A stretch of 64,000 nt of DNA from Nitrospirota bacterium (GTDB lineage: Bacteria; Nitrospirota; UBA9217), in the NCBI GenBank assembly GCA_963790205.1, contig CAWBNQ010000006.1:63152-127151 (forward strand). The letters are read 5' to 3'. The notes under the pieces are model-generated. The model saw only the letters and a program-made list of their open reading frames with translations. It ran no database searches and was not told the DNA's origin. The position numbers and the translations under genes were made by a program. Positions within the stretch are counted from its first letter, which is position 1. Each line of letters begins with the position of its first letter. Positions 62,156-64,000 of this stretch are shown here, in pieces.

Positions 62156-62938
62156 ATGAGGGATCGTTCGCGTTCAAGCGTCAGGTTCCTGCCGAAAGGG
62201 CTCGCAATACTTTACGAGGATAAGGACCTCCTTGTCGTGGACAAACCAACGGGCCTTTTGACCGTGGCTACGGAGAGGGAAAAATCGCGCACGGCCCACT
62301 TCATATTAACGGATTATATCCGCAAGGGTTGCGGCAGGGCCCGAAAACGCCTGTTCGTCGTTCACCGCCTGGACAGGGACACATCGGGGACGCTTATTTT
62401 TGCAAAGAGCGAAGAGGCGATGCTTCGCTTGAAGGCCCAGTGGAAACAAACAGAGAAGAAATATCTTGCAGTGGTTCACGGCAGGTGCGGAAAGAGCTCG
62501 GGGACCATAACTTCATACCTGGCCGAAGACAGGGATTATAACGTGTATTCCACGCCTGACAGCACAAAGGGCAGGCTGTCCCAAACGGCTTATACCGTGC
62601 TCAGGGAGACGAAGAGCTTTTCCCTGCTGGAAGTGGTCCTGTTGACGGGCAGAAAGAACCAGATACGCGTGCACCTCGCCGGCATCGGATGCCCGATCGT
62701 AGGCGACACGAAGTACGGCAAATACGGCCGGGAGGATGAGTCCCAGCCCCGCCTGGCGCTTCACGCCAGATCGATCTCCTTTAAACACCCTTTCAGCGGC
62801 AAAAAGCTTGCCTTCGAAGCGGACGTGCCCGAATTTTTTACCGCGCTTGTCGGGCGCATTGACCGGGAGAACGGCCCCTCAGGACCCTCAACAGGACCGG
62901 CGAAATTTTCTCGACCACAGCTTCCAAAGACGGGTTAG
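62156..62938 (+). CDS. RluA-family pseudouridine synthase
   Basis: VDKPTGL, HRLDRDTSG, TGRKNQIRVH and PIVGD.KYG motifs. Confidence 0.93.
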   Translation: MRDRSRSSVRFLPKGLAILYEDKDLLVVDKPTGLLTVATEREKSRTAHFILTDYIRKGCGRARKRLFVVHRLDRDTSGTLIFAKSEEAMLRLKAQWKQTEKKYLAVVHGRCGKSSGTITSYLAEDRDYNVYSTPDSTKGRLSQTAYTVLRETKSFSLLEVVLLTGRKNQIRVHLAGIGCPIVGDTKYGKYGREDESQPRLALHARSISFKHPFSGKKLAFEADVPEFFTALVGRIDRENGPSGPSTGPAKFSRPQLPKTG

Positions 62939-63122
62939 ACACGAATTGCAGTATATATTTTTTATATTCGGTGAGCGAGATTACTTCCTGAACTACGCGG
63001 AAGTTGCATCATTTGTAAATTGAAGAGTACACATAGGAAATGTAAAATCAGTGGAAGCAGTCAGCAGGCTAATTTAGTTAGACATTTGAAGACACGACTC
63101 TCACAAGATGCAGGAGAAACAC

Positions 63123-64000
63123 ATGGAGGTTGAACATCATTTAATTCACCGTAATAGTTTGAATTGGCATGTAGTGACCGCTGGGCCAACGGACGCACCT
63201 CCCGTCTTGCTGCTTCATTGCTGGACCGGAAACTGGACCATGTGGCAAACTACCCTGGAGCGCCTATCGGGAAAATTCCGCTGCATCACTCCCGACCAAC
63301 TCGGTTTCGGGCGTAGTGATAAGCCGCGGGGCAATCACTATCAGATTGATTGGCAAGCCGAGCGAGCCAAATTCATTATGGAATATTTCGGATACGCACG
63401 TGCCCACATCCTTAGCCACAGTATGGGTGGTCAAATTGCACTCACGTTGGCAGCGCTATATCCGGAAATGGTAACGCGACTAGTCGTGGTGGATCCAGTA
63501 GTCACCAAACGCTTTCATCCGCTGTTCTATCCGATTATGCTGTATGCGAACCTGGCCGGCCGTGGCATCGAATTTCCATACCGATGGACCCATAAGATGG
63601 GAAGCCGATTCCCCTCGCTGGGCATTCAACTGATGCGGTTTTTATTTCCACACCCGAATCAGCAACGTGAAGCCGCGCTATACTGGTTAGGACAAATGGG
63701 AGCCGATGGGCAACTGAATTCTTCCGCCTCGGCTGGCAAAGCCATGGTGGAGTGGGATGTGAGGCCTCAGCTGAAAAATATCACCGCTCCAACGCTAGCC
63801 ATCTGGGGGATGAAAGACTGGTTAGTGCCCGTTAGACAATGTACCATCCTAGAGCAAGAGATTGCCAACTGCCGCATAGTACGCATCCCCGATGTCGGAC
63901 ACTTTCCGATGATTGAAGCATTTGAGATCTACATTAAAGAGATCGAGAGGTTTTTGGCAATGGACCCGGATTACAGCAGCATGCAGGATAATAAAGTTGG
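63123..64000 (+). CDS. Alpha/beta hydrolase, runs off the window end (not in the ORF track)
   Basis: AGGAG RBS; PVLLLH, DQLGFGRSDKP, SHSMGG, PTLAIWG..D and GHFP motifs. No stop before the window end. Confidence 0.88.
   Translation, partial: MEVEHHLIHRNSLNWHVVTAGPTDAPPVLLLHCWTGNWTMWQTTLERLSGKFRCITPDQLGFGRSDKPRGNHYQIDWQAERAKFIMEYFGYARAHILSHSMGGQIALTLAALYPEMVTRLVVVDPVVTKRFHPLFYPIMLYANLAGRGIEFPYRWTHKMGSRFPSLGIQLMRFLFPHPNQQREAALYWLGQMGADGQLNSSASAGKAMVEWDVRPQLKNITAPTLAIWGMKDWLVPVRQCTILEQEIANCRIVRIPDVGHFPMIEAFEIYIKEIERFLAMDPDYSSMQDNKV

Noticed and set aside
1..64000. tRNA or rRNA genes
   Set aside because: None recognised by eye; a tRNAscan or Rfam run would be needed to exclude them.

Overview
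This is a GC-rich bacterial chromosome segment. Gene content and order suggest a Nitrospirota/Desulfobacterota-like anaerobe (inference). The backbone carries the pheA-hisC-tyrA-aroA-cmk-ispH-rpsA-sppA-ihfB operon, a minus-strand Hmc-like multiheme cytochrome/NrfD respiratory cluster with a NarL-type two-component system, a TPR lytic transglycosylase, an aldehyde:ferredoxin oxidoreductase, purM/purN and a large PPDK-like protein. A decaying integron occupies about 36.5-47.2 kb, with AT-rich minus-strand cassettes separated by 52-66 bp attC sites. Its first position holds a tyrosine recombinase + IS91-type transposase element bounded by GTT-starting inverted repeats. The integron also contains a group IIC intron remnant, and its intI is interrupted by a 131-bp MITE with a TTAA duplication. 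The ORF track misses two probable selenoproteins: a UxxC DsbA/FrnE and a thioredoxin-like/MerB fusion. Both have an RGGCA-loop hairpin exactly 20 nt after the in-frame TGA. Several families of structured intergenic repeats are present. Single-base frameshifts in housekeeping genes are most likely sequencing errors. All calls come from reading the sequence; no searches were run.
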